This document shows, in pieces, positions 8,941 to 19,065 of a stretch of DNA of 47,257 nt. Source of the DNA: a virus. Both the position numbers and the translations under genes were made by a program. The number at the start of each line of letters is the position of its first letter. Position 1 is the first letter of the stretch. The stretch is taken from the UHGV virus genome UHGV-1363571. One strand, written 5' to 3'. The notes under the pieces are model-generated. The model made no database searches and was not told the DNA's origin. It was given only the letters and a program-made list of their open reading frames with translations.

Positions 8941-11900
8941 GTACGTTCTCCTTTCAGTAATTTCTTAAAATCTGTAATTCTTTGCTGTTCTGTCAGCATT
9001 GGAGCTGCTGTTTCTTTAATCAATTCTCTTCCATTCAGTGTTGTGCTTACTTCAATCGGACGTTTTGCCAGATCAGAAAGTCCTGCCACCGCACTCATGA
9101 TCGCCTGATTCTGTTGCTGAAGATTTCTGATTTCTGCGTTATCCATCTTGTACTGCATAACAGATGTTGCTGGACGATTCGCTACTCTGGATGCATTAAA
9201 AGCCATGACCTCTCGCATCCGTGCTGAAACAGCGGACAGATCGATAGATTCCAGTGCTGCGTTTGAAATATTTCGGGAAGATTTTACAACTGACTTTTCT
9301 TCATCCTTAATACCCAACGCCAGACCTTTACTGAAGAATTGACCAAATTCTCTGGTCTTTTTGGATGGGGAGCGCTCATCAAGTTCCCTTTTAGCTGCCG
9401 CCAGCGCAGAAGAAGCAACTGCGATAGCTGCGGAAATAGCTGCGGAACTTCCAGCGGAAATACCATTGGCAAGACCGTAGGAAAAGTTCAAGCCCTGATC
9501 GTACGCTTTGCTTCTTATTCCAACGCTACTTAAACCGGATACAGCTCCGTCTCCAAGACTTTTGGCAGATGACTCCGCATTTTTCTTGCCAGAATCAATC
9601 CCGCTCTTTAAACCATCACCAAGTTTCTTTCCTTCTTGTTTTCCTTTTTCGGAAAGCTTGACATTCGATAATGCTACTGCTGCATTTCCACCTAATGTAG
9701 ATGCGGCCGCATTTACTGATCCAGAACCACCAACAATTCCATTTGCAAGTGCGTTTGCAATCTGGCTTCCCATTGCCTGCGCTTGTCCCGAAACATTTGC
9801 AGATGAAAGCCCTGATAAAGCCGCATTTTCTAAGCCTGATGCAGCCGCCTGCACAACTGGGGCTTGACCACTCAAAGAGGATGACAGTCCAAAACCTACG
9901 TTGTTTCCAAATCCTGCCGTAGCTGACAACATATCCATGCCATTCAGTCCTTGTGGAATCTGACCACCTAAGGAAGCCGCTGCCATCAATACGGCATTGG
10001 AATTCGCATACAACGCATCAATCAGTGACTGTGTTGCTTCACTTCCTTTCCCTGAAGGAATTGTGGTCGTATCTGTACTGCTTGCACCTGTGTTGATTTC
10101 ATTTACAGCACTTTTTGTAGCCTCATTAATCGCAGTTTTCCCACTGTTTACAGAATTCGCAGTACTATCTGCCGCCTCTTTCCCTTTTTGAGCAGGAACT
10201 GTAGAAGTATCTGCCTCTGCTGCCCCTTCGCTGACGCCACCTTCGATCGTATCTTTCGCCGCTTGCTTCACTGGTTCTTTTCCCTCTTGTAAAGCGTTTG
10301 TTGCAGCTTCTGTGGTTTCTTTCGCTTCTTGGGCTGCTGCTTCTGGGTTTCCTGAACTTCCAAGCAATTGGTTTATTTCGTTCTGCCATTGCTCAATCAA
10401 CGCAGTGTTGTTCGCAGTCCCCTTTTCATACTCGATTTGAGCCATAATCCACATGGCTTGAGCCTGAGCTACCATTTCATTTGTTACGCCAGATCCTTTT
10501 TCTGATGCTGCGGCTTTCATCTCATCATAACTTTTTCGAAAGCTATCAACCTGTTTTTGTAATGTAGATTCACTTGCATCTCCTGCTCGTTGTAAATCAT
10601 TCGACAATGCAAGAACCGCTGCTGCTGCATTTGCGCTTCCAGCCTCCACTGTCCCCATCGCAGTTTCATAATTAGAGATAGTTGTAGAGTATTCATTAGA
10701 AGCTGTCTTTGCATCATTAAACGCTTTCTTAGCTTTATCCAATTCCGTGTTTGCTTCCATCTGAGCCTGTTGGAGACGCATAATCTCAAAAGAGCCTGCT
10801 GCTTGTTCAGCAGTCATAGAAGATTCAGCTTCTTTTAACTCGTCAGTTACCTTCTTGGCTCTCTTTTTAGCTGCGGAATAATCATCAAAAGTGCGCGCAA
10901 CTTCTTGTGCTGCTTGTGCTTGATTTTTGATTGCAGCTGTGTAATCATCTTCATATGCGGATAGCAGTACCTCTGCTTTTTTCTTTTGAATAACTTGATC
11001 TATGGATTGTCTTAACTCACCATACTTCTGTATTACTCCATCTGTAGTTTCAATTTCTATACCAAGTGCCTCAGATAATGTAGAAGTAATAAAGGCTGCA
11101 CGTTCCTCATATCCTTCCTTTATCTTCCCATTTTGATCAACAATTCCCTGTAACTCATCCCATAGTTGCTGATAATGACCGAATTGCGTCTGGATTCCGG
11201 CAACTTCATCTTGTCTTGCAGCCTGAGTTTCTCGGATTGCTTCTGCCTGTTCTGCCAGTTTTTTATTGGCTTTATCTGTAGCAGACTCCGCTTCTTTCTG
11301 CGTCAAAGCATAAACACCAAGACCTGCTGCCAGAGCTGCTACCGCAGAAATCACAAGACCAATCGGATTCGCTTTCATAGCAACGTTCCAAAGAGTTTGT
11401 GCTTTTGTGGCTAAATTCACCTTTCCTGTAAACATGCCAACAACTGCTTGCCCCGCTGTAAGTGTAGCGTTTGTTGCAACACCACTTTCCATAGCCAGAA
11501 GCTGTGCAGCATAGTAAGCATCCACTGCTGCAGAAGCGGTCTTCCATGTTTTCACACCTTTTTTCAATATAGATGTTGTTTCATTGACAACTTTATATCC
11601 CTTAAAAGCGGTAAAAGCTGCCGTTGCTGATGCTGCGATCAAGTCCAGATTCTCTCCTGCAAAGTCCAGTGCCTTTGTCAGTGGCGGGAGCGCTTTATCA
11701 GCCAGATTTCCAACAGCATCTACTACATTACTTAAAGTATCAACCGCTGTTTCTCCAGCTTCTCTCAAGCCACCGTCACTCAATGACTCTGCCACTGCAT
11801 CAATCGCATCCTCAACCGGCTCTTGCAGTTTGGATGGTAACAGCTCTGCCAAACCGGATGCCATAGATTCCGCCATCTCTCCGGCCGCACCGAGAATTCT

Positions 11901-13154
11901 TCCTTTGTTCGAAGCAATTCCAGAAGCAAATGCTTCTATAAAATCAACTGCTGTGTCTACCATTTCTGGGGCATGGGATGCTGCTTCTACTGCAAGATTT
12001 GCAAATTCATCACCTGCTGTCTGGATTGCTTCATTCAGACCACCGTTGTTGAAAGAATCTGTAATATTGTTGATGCTTTCTGTTGCCGTATTTGCTGCAT
12101 TTTTCAGATTGTCTGCTACGCTGTTGTAAAACGCCAGACCCAATGTTTCTGCTGATCCACTAAGCTGCTCCAACGCACCGGATAGATTGTCCTGCATTGT
12201 TTCCGCTGCCTCTTGGGCTGCGCCATCACAGTTTTTATAGGCATTTGTCAGTTCTCCTAGAGAACCTTCTCCCTCGTTAATCAATGCAAGCATACCGGAC
12301 AATGCTTCTTGTCCATACAGGGTGACCAGATAATTATTTTTCTGCTCATCCGTCATTCCCTCTGTTGCCTGTCTGAGCATTCCAACCTGTTCCGTCAGGG
12401 ATTTCATTTTCCCGTTGGAATCGTAGAAGGAAATTCCAAGTTCATCCATAGCTGCAGTCATGTCATCTGTTGGCTTTGAAAGCCTTGATAACGCACCTCT
12501 TAAAGAAGTACCAGCCTGGCTACCCTGTATTCCGGCATTTGCCATGATTCCGATTGCCGCCGCTGTCTCTTCCAAACTAAGACCTGCTGCCCTCGCAAGA
12601 GGTGCTACGTACTTCATTGCCTCTCCGGTATCTGCTACAGAGGAATTTGTACGATTCGCATTCGCCGCCAGAACATCGGCAACATGCGCTGCATCGGATG
12701 CCGCCAGTCCAAATCCTCTCAAGGTTGATGCCGCAATATCCGAACTGCTCGCCAGATCTTCACCGGATGCTGCTGCCAGATTCAAAAGTCCCGGCATTGC
12801 ACTCATAATCTCGGATGTAGTAAAACCAGCTGCTGCCAGATTCTCCATTCCCTCCGCTGCCTGACTGGCAGAAAATGAGGTATCAGCACCTAACTGCATT
12901 GCCTGTTCTTTTAATTGCTCAAATTCTTCTCCTGTTGCTCCGGAGATAGCCTTAACTCTAGACATCTGAGATTCAAAATCAGAACCCACCTTGATTGCCG
13001 CTGCTGCAACTCCACCAAGTGCTGCTGCAGTTCCCGTGATCGCTACCGTTGCCGCTTTCATCCCTTTTGCTGTTATACTCCCAAGCTTTGAAAGTCCTTT
13101 TTCTATCCCGGAAGAATCCAGATCTGTTTCAATTACAACTTTTCCATCTGCCAT
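8937..13154 (-). CDS. Tail tape measure protein
   Basis: 1405 aa, Ala/Gly/Ser-rich helical protein with a TMP core-like region. RBS GAGGTGGTGAG upstream. Confidence 0.8.
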   Translation of the reverse strand: MADGKVVIETDLDSSGIEKGLSKLGSITAKGMKAATVAITGTAAALGGVAAAAIKVGSDFESQMSRVKAISGATGEEFEQLKEQAMQLGADTSFSASQAAEGMENLAAAGFTTSEIMSAMPGLLNLAAASGEDLASSSDIAASTLRGFGLAASDAAHVADVLAANANRTNSSVADTGEAMKYVAPLARAAGLSLEETAAAIGIMANAGIQGSQAGTSLRGALSRLSKPTDDMTAAMDELGISFYDSNGKMKSLTEQVGMLRQATEGMTDEQKNNYLVTLYGQEALSGMLALINEGEGSLGELTNAYKNCDGAAQEAAETMQDNLSGALEQLSGSAETLGLAFYNSVADNLKNAANTATESINNITDSFNNGGLNEAIQTAGDEFANLAVEAASHAPEMVDTAVDFIEAFASGIASNKGRILGAAGEMAESMASGLAELLPSKLQEPVEDAIDAVAESLSDGGLREAGETAVDTLSNVVDAVGNLADKALPPLTKALDFAGENLDLIAASATAAFTAFKGYKVVNETTSILKKGVKTWKTASAAVDAYYAAQLLAMESGVATNATLTAGQAVVGMFTGKVNLATKAQTLWNVAMKANPIGLVISAVAALAAGLGVYALTQKEAESATDKANKKLAEQAEAIRETQAARQDEVAGIQTQFGHYQQLWDELQGIVDQNGKIKEGYEERAAFITSTLSEALGIEIETTDGVIQKYGELRQSIDQVIQKKKAEVLLSAYEDDYTAAIKNQAQAAQEVARTFDDYSAAKKRAKKVTDELKEAESSMTAEQAAGSFEIMRLQQAQMEANTELDKAKKAFNDAKTASNEYSTTISNYETAMGTVEAGSANAAAAVLALSNDLQRAGDASESTLQKQVDSFRKSYDEMKAAASEKGSGVTNEMVAQAQAMWIMAQIEYEKGTANNTALIEQWQNEINQLLGSSGNPEAAAQEAKETTEAATNALQEGKEPVKQAAKDTIEGGVSEGAAEADTSTVPAQKGKEAADSTANSVNSGKTAINEATKSAVNEINTGASSTDTTTIPSGKGSEATQSLIDALYANSNAVLMAAASLGGQIPQGLNGMDMLSATAGFGNNVGFGLSSSLSGQAPVVQAAASGLENAALSGLSSANVSGQAQAMGSQIANALANGIVGGSGSVNAAASTLGGNAAVALSNVKLSEKGKQEGKKLGDGLKSGIDSGKKNAESSAKSLGDGAVSGLSSVGIRSKAYDQGLNFSYGLANGISAGSSAAISAAIAVASSALAAAKRELDERSPSKKTREFGQFFSKGLALGIKDEEKSVVKSSRNISNAALESIDLSAVSARMREVMAFNASRVANRPATSVMQYKMDNAEIRNLQQQNQAIMSAVAGLSDLAKRPIEVSTTLNGRELIKETAAPMLTEQQRITDFKKLLKGERT

Positions 13155-13182
13155 TTACTCACCACCTCGTGTTAAAAATTTG

Positions 13183-13216
13183 TATAAAAAGAGCACCTAC
13201 CATTTCTGATAGATGC
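13183..13216 (-). terminator. Intrinsic terminator, copy 1 of a related family (stem GCATCTA/TAGGTGC plus TCTTTTTATAC)
   Basis: On the minus strand: GCATCTA-tcagaaatgg-TAGGTGC-TCTTTTTATAC. Nearly identical to the element at 23729-23762. Confidence 0.55.
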
Positions 13217-13377
13217 CCTGATTACTGTATTTAGTTATTTGACCGGATTTCCAGTACAGCCTTGCATAAAGGCATATACGCGATTTATATGACATTCGTC
13301 CATTTCTTTCAGCTTGCTGATAATGAAGTTCTTCTTATATTTAGCCGCTGTGCTTAATTTCTCTCTATTCTCTTTCA

Positions 13378-13800
13378 TTACGCCACCTCACTACTTGCCA
13401 ATTTCTTAGCAAACCGTTCTACAAGTTCCAAATGCTCTTCGTTTTCCATATTCCCTACAATCTTCACAATGGATTTCTTGCGATCACACTGCTCTGTATC
13501 TGGAATTCTGTCACGTTTATCCAAATACCTGTATAAGATTGCTGTGATCTGACGTTTTATGGCATAATCACTAGAATCCAACTGCGATAATAATTGAAGT
13601 AACTGATCGTTTCGTAATTCCTTATCCCTGCTTACTTTTAATGCTCTCTGTCCTTGTATGTATCCAAACTTGAACGCCGAACAAATCTTATCATACTTAT
13701 CCGGTACATTATTCTGCAAATCAAATAACTGCATTACTGTCAAATCGAATGACTGTGGAATTGATAAGTTTTCTCTCTTAATTTTTTCATATAAATTCAT
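13378..13800 (-). CDS. Hypothetical protein (moron island)
   Basis: Start refined to MNLYEKIKREN with RBS GGAGGTGG. No recognisable motif. Confidence 0.5.
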   Translation of the reverse strand: MNLYEKIKRENLSIPQSFDLTVMQLFDLQNNVPDKYDKICSAFKFGYIQGQRALKVSRDKELRNDQLLQLLSQLDSSDYAIKRQITAILYRYLDKRDRIPDTEQCDRKKSIVKIVGNMENEEHLELVERFAKKLASSEVA

Positions 13801-13801
13801 C

Positions 13802-14617
13802 TTACGCCACCTCCTGATATACAACTTTGCATTTATTTGTATTACCATTTGATAACCGATGCTCAATGAGTGTGGGATACCCATTTTCCTCCAGCCATTC
13901 TTTTACCTTCTGGAAAACAGAATCTTTATATTGAACAGTAACGCCGTCATGTCCATTCCTGCTATAAGCTGTCTTTACAATTTCGTCCTCTGAAACATCC
14001 AACTTCTGAATGATAGCACTTACTGCCTTATCGTGTGGTCTGCCACTTTCCGATAAAATACCAAACTCTTTCGCCATCGTGGTGCAATCCCACAAGACCG
14101 GAACTTCTGAAATCAGCGGCACTTTCACTGGATACCCGTTGTCTGAATAAATACGGATAATTTCAGCAGCTATGTACTTAGAGTCTACTCCTGCATCATT
14201 GAGAGCACCTTTGATGTTCTTCACCATCTGGTTGACGGATGGGAGTTTTTCTTTGTGGGTAGGTTTCTTCTTTGGCATTTCATAAGAGCCCGTCTTTCTG
14301 ATAGACGGAATAACATCCATCGCAAGCCAGTTTTGAAATTTCTCAGCTACTGGGTTGCTTGCCTTCATTCCAAGACGATAAAACAGTGATTCTGGAATGT
14401 AATCATCTTTCCCCACTTGTGGGGAAAATCCCATTTCTCTACAAAATGAGTTTAGCCTTTCCCATTTCACATAGATTTTCCCATTCTTCTCTTGCGTCCA
14501 TCCAAATCCAATCGCAGTATCTTCCGCACTAATGGAAATACTTCCATCTGGATTCGGCAACGTTCTTACTTGTAATTCCAATTCCTTATTATTAAATACT
14601 TGTACTTTATTTTCCAT
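13802..14617 (-). CDS. Bro-N domain protein (antirepressor-like) with unknown C-terminal domain
   Basis: N-terminus VQVFNNKELELQVRTLPNPDGSISISAEDTAIGFGW matches the Bro-N/KilA-N pattern. Confidence 0.55.
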   Translation of the reverse strand: MENKVQVFNNKELELQVRTLPNPDGSISISAEDTAIGFGWTQEKNGKIYVKWERLNSFCREMGFSPQVGKDDYIPESLFYRLGMKASNPVAEKFQNWLAMDVIPSIRKTGSYEMPKKKPTHKEKLPSVNQMVKNIKGALNDAGVDSKYIAAEIIRIYSDNGYPVKVPLISEVPVLWDCTTMAKEFGILSESGRPHDKAVSAIIQKLDVSEDEIVKTAYSRNGHDGVTVQYKDSVFQKVKEWLEENGYPTLIEHRLSNGNTNKCKVVYQEVA

Positions 14618-14629
14618 GATCGATTCCTC

Positions 14630-15301
14630 CTACTTATTTGAAACTACACTAAACAATTTTCTCAATCTTCTTTTCGGTTTCTGAACTTTATGCCTCTCCC
14701 CTGTTTTGCTATTCACCAGATAATTCCCTTCCTTATGATAAGTAGGGAAGGAAAGGCCTTGTTCTTCCATGAATTCTACAAAAATATCACGTCCACCATT
14801 TAGACGGTGCATCTTATTGATGATTTCCATCCAATGAACGGCATATATCTCAATATGAGGATTCCAGTACTCCAGTAAAAACTCGCTGGCTTTTTCCTCT
14901 CCGATAGGTGCATCATATCCCAAACGTGCCATATAATCTTTGGTATAGAAATAATCTTTACACCCATATTTTTCACCATCATAGTCCTTGGCAATAGGAA
15001 ATATCTCCATGAACTGTCGCGGTGTGATTTTTGCAATCATCTGATTGATAAATTCTACAATGAAGAACCACGATTGTGTTTCCTCTTGAGAGCAGTCAGA
15101 ATTATTGTCAAAAACATGTTCAATAAATTTAATGGACAGGTATAATATTTGTTTGAATTGATCCGGTCTTTCCTGCCAGAGTCTTTCTAAATCATAACTG
15201 CCATTTGCATCTGTAATTCGCTCCAATGCTCTTGCGTAGTGTTCTCTTTTCGGCTTGTAATCGATCAGTTTCTTTCCATCTAATACATAGAAATTGTACA
15301 T
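14630..15301 (-). CDS. Hypothetical protein, 223 aa (orphan cargo gene downstream of an RHH gene)
   Basis: ORF with no recognisable motif. Basic C-terminal tail KVQKPKRRLRK. Confidence 0.45.
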   Translation of the reverse strand: MYNFYVLDGKKLIDYKPKREHYARALERITDANGSYDLERLWQERPDQFKQILYLSIKFIEHVFDNNSDCSQEETQSWFFIVEFINQMIAKITPRQFMEIFPIAKDYDGEKYGCKDYFYTKDYMARLGYDAPIGEEKASEFLLEYWNPHIEIYAVHWMEIINKMHRLNGGRDIFVEFMEEQGLSFPTYHKEGNYLVNSKTGERHKVQKPKRRLRKLFSVVSNK

Positions 15302-15382
15302 AAAAGTCTCCTTTTCATTGATTTCACGAAAAGGATGTGTTATATTATAAATAGCACAACCTTTTCGTTGTGTTTTTCATTA

Positions 15383-15424
15383 GAGATTCGTTAAACTTGG
15401 TAGGTGGGCGAATCTCTTTTTGTT
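15383..15424 (+). terminator. Plus-oriented intrinsic terminator (gagattcg...cgaatctc plus TTTTTGTTGTT) containing GGTAGGTG
   Basis: 8-bp perfect stem, 18-nt loop and T-tract, read directly. Confidence 0.5.
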
Positions 15425-15425
15425 G

Positions 15426-15614
15426 TTATTTGAATTTGCCGAGTACGATTTCATCATAAATTTTCTTAATACCTCTTCTTATGATGTCCGCCTTTGTTAA
15501 TCCAGTTTTGCTGCTACAAAACTCCAGCATATTCGCTTCTTGCTCTGATAGTCTTATCCTTGTGTCGATATTTTTCGGATTCTTTGATGGTGGTCTCCCT
15601 TTTGCTGGTGACAT
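15426..15614 (-). CDS. Ribbon-helix-helix (CopG/antitoxin-like) DNA-binding protein
   Basis: 62 aa. GRPPSKNPK...TRIRLSEQEANMLEF...GLTKADIIRRGIKKI matches the RHH pattern. Confidence 0.5.
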   Translation of the reverse strand: MSPAKGRPPSKNPKNIDTRIRLSEQEANMLEFCSSKTGLTKADIIRRGIKKIYDEIVLGKFK

Positions 15615-15847
15615 TTTCTTCTCCTTTCCGGTTACACATTTATTTAATTATCGGTTACACATTTAATATATCAATCACACAACAAGATGTCAAGAAGTTT
15701 TTCAAATTTTTCCGCCCTACCTGTGGAATTAAAATAAGACACAGCATTTCGCCATGTCTTTCTGTGCTTTCCGGGGAGATCAGGAGCATACCCTGAAAGG
15801 ACTCCTCCCCGATATTCAATTAACTTCATTTATATTCTCCTTAAAAT

Positions 15848-15885
15848 TGGGTATAAGAAAACCACCTACCGAAGTAAGCGGTTTC
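15848..15885 (-). terminator. Intrinsic terminator, copy 3 of the GGTAGGTG family
   Basis: Minus strand: AACCGC-ttacttcggtag-GTGGTT-TTCTTATAC. Confidence 0.45.
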
Positions 15886-15889
15886 TATC

Positions 15890-17308
15890 TTACTGCACAA
15901 CGATCTGTGATCTGCTCAATTTTAAATACTGTCCATCTTGTACTGTCAAATACACTTCTCCATCGAAGTTGTCATTTGAAATTATAGTTCCTAAATCTCC
16001 TGTTGAGTTGGCTGTAACCTCATAATATCCACCATTCGTAGCAGATACTTTATACTCTCCTGCCGGAATATCCTTTCCTACAAGATACATTCCATCTGGA
16101 TATGTACCATTAACCGGAGTGAATGCAGCCGCCTCACTGACGGGAACTGCCGTTCCATCAAACTGGAAATACTGTCCATCTTGAACTGTAACATAGGCTC
16201 TATTCCTATAATTGTCATTGCTGATGATTGATTCCAAACTTCCGCTGGAATCGGCTGTCACTGCATAATAGCCGCCAGAAGATGTGATAAGATATTCTCC
16301 CGCTGGCATGTCTGTACCTATTTTGTACATTCCGGTTTGATATCCTGTCTGAATAGCTGATGGATTTTCCAACTCTTCTGTTAAATCTTCATAATCACTT
16401 TTTGCTTTGCTTCGGATCTCTCCATTCAAGATATCTGCAAATTCTTGTATTTCCTCTTCTGAATATTTGTCATTCAAACGAAGTACAACATTTTCAGATA
16501 CAATCCGGTATGCGAAACTATCAAGAGAAAGAGCGTCCAATGATTCTAAATAATAAACTCTTGCCACGGCAGCATCACTACTATCGAAAATTTCTATTGT
16601 TCCGCTTAATGGTTCTTCTTTTGAGTATTCCTCTTCTATTCTTGAATCAGCAAAATTTCCTTTTTCTATATATTCGTGATTTGAATCATTCGGATCGGTT
16701 TCATCCGTATAAATAATATCATATTCTATCGGTATTCCTGCATCCTTCAATTCTTCTAATATACTCTTTACGTTAACAATTTGCGCTGATTGCAAAATTA
16801 GTTCCATGTCACGTTCGTAGTTTTTTTCGCTTTTTTCATCAATTCCAAATATGAAATCGCCAAGTTCTAATGTAAATACATGTCCAACATAATGGCGCTC
16901 ATTTTCATAAAAAGAAATATCCGCAACTTTAGCTTTTATATCACCATAACTTTCATCATATATGCGCTTTATCGCAAACGGATAGAGTGAACCAGTTATT
17001 TCTGTTATATGACTCTTGTATGCATCATCATCCAATTTATCTATATCATTTTTGTTATATAATACTTTTAAATAGACATCGTCCGACTTAAAACATCGAA
17101 CCTGTTCCTCTTCCCCAAAACTTTCTATTGTAGACTCATTCCAATTTGATGGAACTTGAAACTTCATATCTTTAATTTGTACAGAAATATTTGAAGATTC
17201 ATCAAAATCAACGCTCTCCACCTCACCGGCATCCTTCTTCTCCCCGCATCCTGTCAGCACCCCCACACAAAGCACTGCTGCCAGCAAGACACTTAGTACT
17301 CTCTTCAT
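15890..17308 (-). CDS. Lipoprotein with a tandemly duplicated C-terminal domain
   Basis: Signal peptide with lipobox LTGC. Two roughly 75-aa repeats (G.Y..G.D.PAGEY...GYY.VTA.S.G.L..IISNDN....Y.TVQDGQY). Lower GC than the neighbouring tail genes. Confidence 0.6.
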   Translation of the reverse strand: MKRVLSVLLAAVLCVGVLTGCGEKKDAGEVESVDFDESSNISVQIKDMKFQVPSNWNESTIESFGEEEQVRCFKSDDVYLKVLYNKNDIDKLDDDAYKSHITEITGSLYPFAIKRIYDESYGDIKAKVADISFYENERHYVGHVFTLELGDFIFGIDEKSEKNYERDMELILQSAQIVNVKSILEELKDAGIPIEYDIIYTDETDPNDSNHEYIEKGNFADSRIEEEYSKEEPLSGTIEIFDSSDAAVARVYYLESLDALSLDSFAYRIVSENVVLRLNDKYSEEEIQEFADILNGEIRSKAKSDYEDLTEELENPSAIQTGYQTGMYKIGTDMPAGEYLITSSGGYYAVTADSSGSLESIISNDNYRNRAYVTVQDGQYFQFDGTAVPVSEAAAFTPVNGTYPDGMYLVGKDIPAGEYKVSATNGGYYEVTANSTGDLGTIISNDNFDGEVYLTVQDGQYLKLSRSQIVVQ

Positions 17309-17394
17309 AACCTTCCTCCTACCCTATACGCTTTACCACATACTCATTATACCGTGAGGATTGTGGAATCGCAAGGATGGAATGGAGCGAGAAA

Positions 17395-17680
17395 TCGCCC
17401 GGCTCAATTTTGAGCTCGGCTAATTCTTTCCACACAACTGTGGAAAGCGCATTCTTGCTCCGTCATGTGATGACGAATTTCGTCGGTACAAATATACGGT
17501 TCGTCATAAAAGACGATCCGAATCCCAAATAGACAAGTTCTATTTTCTTCGCCCACTTGTGGGCGAAACAGGAGAGTCCAAGATTGGACGCACCAACTTC
17601 AATTACAGGGGGTCTCAGTCTGTGACCACCATTTTAACGGATGCTCAGTTTGAACCCCCGCTCAATTTGAGAGGGGGAGT
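17395..17680. ncRNA. Hairpin-dense noncoding element of unknown class
   Basis: Seven or more short perfect stem-loops within about 300 bp. Two carry a GCTCAATTT(T)GAG palindrome (17397-17422 and 17656-17680). Confidence 0.3.
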
Positions 17681-18369
17681 TACGCTGCAATCTGCATTGT
17701 ATTATTTTTCTGTATAAACTCCTTGATTTGATCGTATCCCCATCCACAGTCTACAAGTCCACTTACCAGGCATTCCATTGACTGAATTGCTTTTAAATCT
17801 TCTGCCGAAAGATAGTCTCTCAAATTGTCCTTCTTTCCAATTCCAAGATTCTCACGAAGTTGCTTTGCATTTACTCCGAACAATACTTTATAAATACAGT
17901 TGGTGTAAGTAGAGTAAGCATGTCCGTGCATCCGCTCATTCTCTGTGGACTGTTGCAGTGCTTTTGTAAGTGATTGCCTGACAGCAATTCCTTTTTCTCG
18001 TTCAACAAGTTTGCCTTGTAGGATTTTTTCCATAGCATTGAATTGCTTGATGTAGGCAAGTTTGAACTTCATAGCTTTCGCCCCCGTGTAACCCATTGCC
18101 AAAAGAGTAAAGCCGTCTCTTGTCATAAGATACATGGGATTCATTTTTCCATTGGATGCCTTGTAAGAATCCAAATAAAATAGAGCGGAAAATTCCGCTG
18201 TACTTATAGTAGACTCTATATTCCTTATAGACTCCATTACATCTCGATGATTCTTGTCAAATGTATCTGATACATCCAAACTTGATACAACTGTCATTTC
18301 CATTTTATTCACTCTTTTTACTTCTACTAACATATTTTCAATCCTTTCGCTGAATCTCGTCAGTGTCAA
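17680..18369 (-). CDS. Rha family phage regulatory protein with a KilA-C/ORF6C-like C-terminal domain
   Basis: KNHRDVMESIRNIE...MTRDGFTLLAMGYTGAKAMKFKLAYIKQFNAMEK matches the Phage_pRha pattern. Unusual position inside the tail module. Confidence 0.65.
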   Translation of the reverse strand: MTLTRFSERIENMLVEVKRVNKMEMTVVSSLDVSDTFDKNHRDVMESIRNIESTISTAEFSALFYLDSYKASNGKMNPMYLMTRDGFTLLAMGYTGAKAMKFKLAYIKQFNAMEKILQGKLVEREKGIAVRQSLTKALQQSTENERMHGHAYSTYTNCIYKVLFGVNAKQLRENLGIGKKDNLRDYLSAEDLKAIQSMECLVSGLVDCGWGYDQIKEFIQKNNTMQIAA

Positions 18370-18438
18370 TTTGACACTATCTGTTTTTTAAGTATTAAAA
18401 TAAGGTGCAGCACTTCGCCACACCTTTACACACACTCT

Positions 18439-19065
18439 CTACGTTCGTACGTTTTTCGTACGAAGCAATTCACTCACATCACCGCCGTTGAGAAGCGCAT
18501 CTTCAATCTGCCTTGTCCGGTCATCCATAGCCGGTGCCTGATCAAGACCGTAATACTTCTGCATTGCCCGGTAAAACTCTCTTTCCTCTTTTGAGAGGTT
18601 CTTATTCGACACGTCCATTGTACGGTACTCAATAACCTTTGACAGCCTTGTATCTTCTCCCAGATTCTCTAGAAGCAGCATAAACTTCCACCAGTGCATC
18701 TCTTCTGCCTGCAAGTCAATTCCGTACTGCTGGATGAAACCGGCATAGATCAGTCCTGCATCCTCTTGAAAGTCAAACGGTTGCTTATCATTGACCCCTG
18801 CGATCTTCCGCGGGAATTTCTTCTTTGACTGCTCCTTGCCACAGGAAAAGAACCAAAACATCTGATCCACGTGTTCTTCTGTGAAATAATCACAATCTCT
18901 GTAGAACAGCAGCAACACTTTCAGCAAGGAATCTCCCGTCAATTCTTCTGCACTTTCTATGATTTCATTGCATTTTAAAACAGTGCGGAAATCCCATTTT
19001 ACAGGACACTCCACACCATTCACGATCAAAAACTCTGGAAATTTTTCTATTAAGAGATTCATCAT
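18439..19065 (-). CDS. Tail assembly chaperone-like protein (second, gpT-position)
   Basis: Position after the major tail protein. 4-nt overlap with the upstream gene. Confidence 0.35.
   Translation of the reverse strand: MMNLLIEKFPEFLIVNGVECPVKWDFRTVLKCNEIIESAEELTGDSLLKVLLLFYRDCDYFTEEHVDQMFWFFSCGKEQSKKKFPRKIAGVNDKQPFDFQEDAGLIYAGFIQQYGIDLQAEEMHWWKFMLLLENLGEDTRLSKVIEYRTMDVSNKNLSKEEREFYRAMQKYYGLDQAPAMDDRTRQIEDALLNGGDVSELLRTKNVRT

Noticed and set aside
9508-12864. Plus-strand ORFs inside the tape measure gene (for example 9508..9867, 11584..12129, 12460..12864)
   Set aside because: They are antisense to a long, well-supported minus-strand gene, lack ribosome binding sites and have low-complexity A/S/P-rich translations typical of spurious reverse-frame ORFs.
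17309-17680. Retron msr/msd or hammerhead ribozyme
   Set aside because: No reverse transcriptase gene is adjacent, and I could not place both CUGAUGA and GAAA cores in a consistent three-stem arrangement. It is kept as an unclassified structured element.
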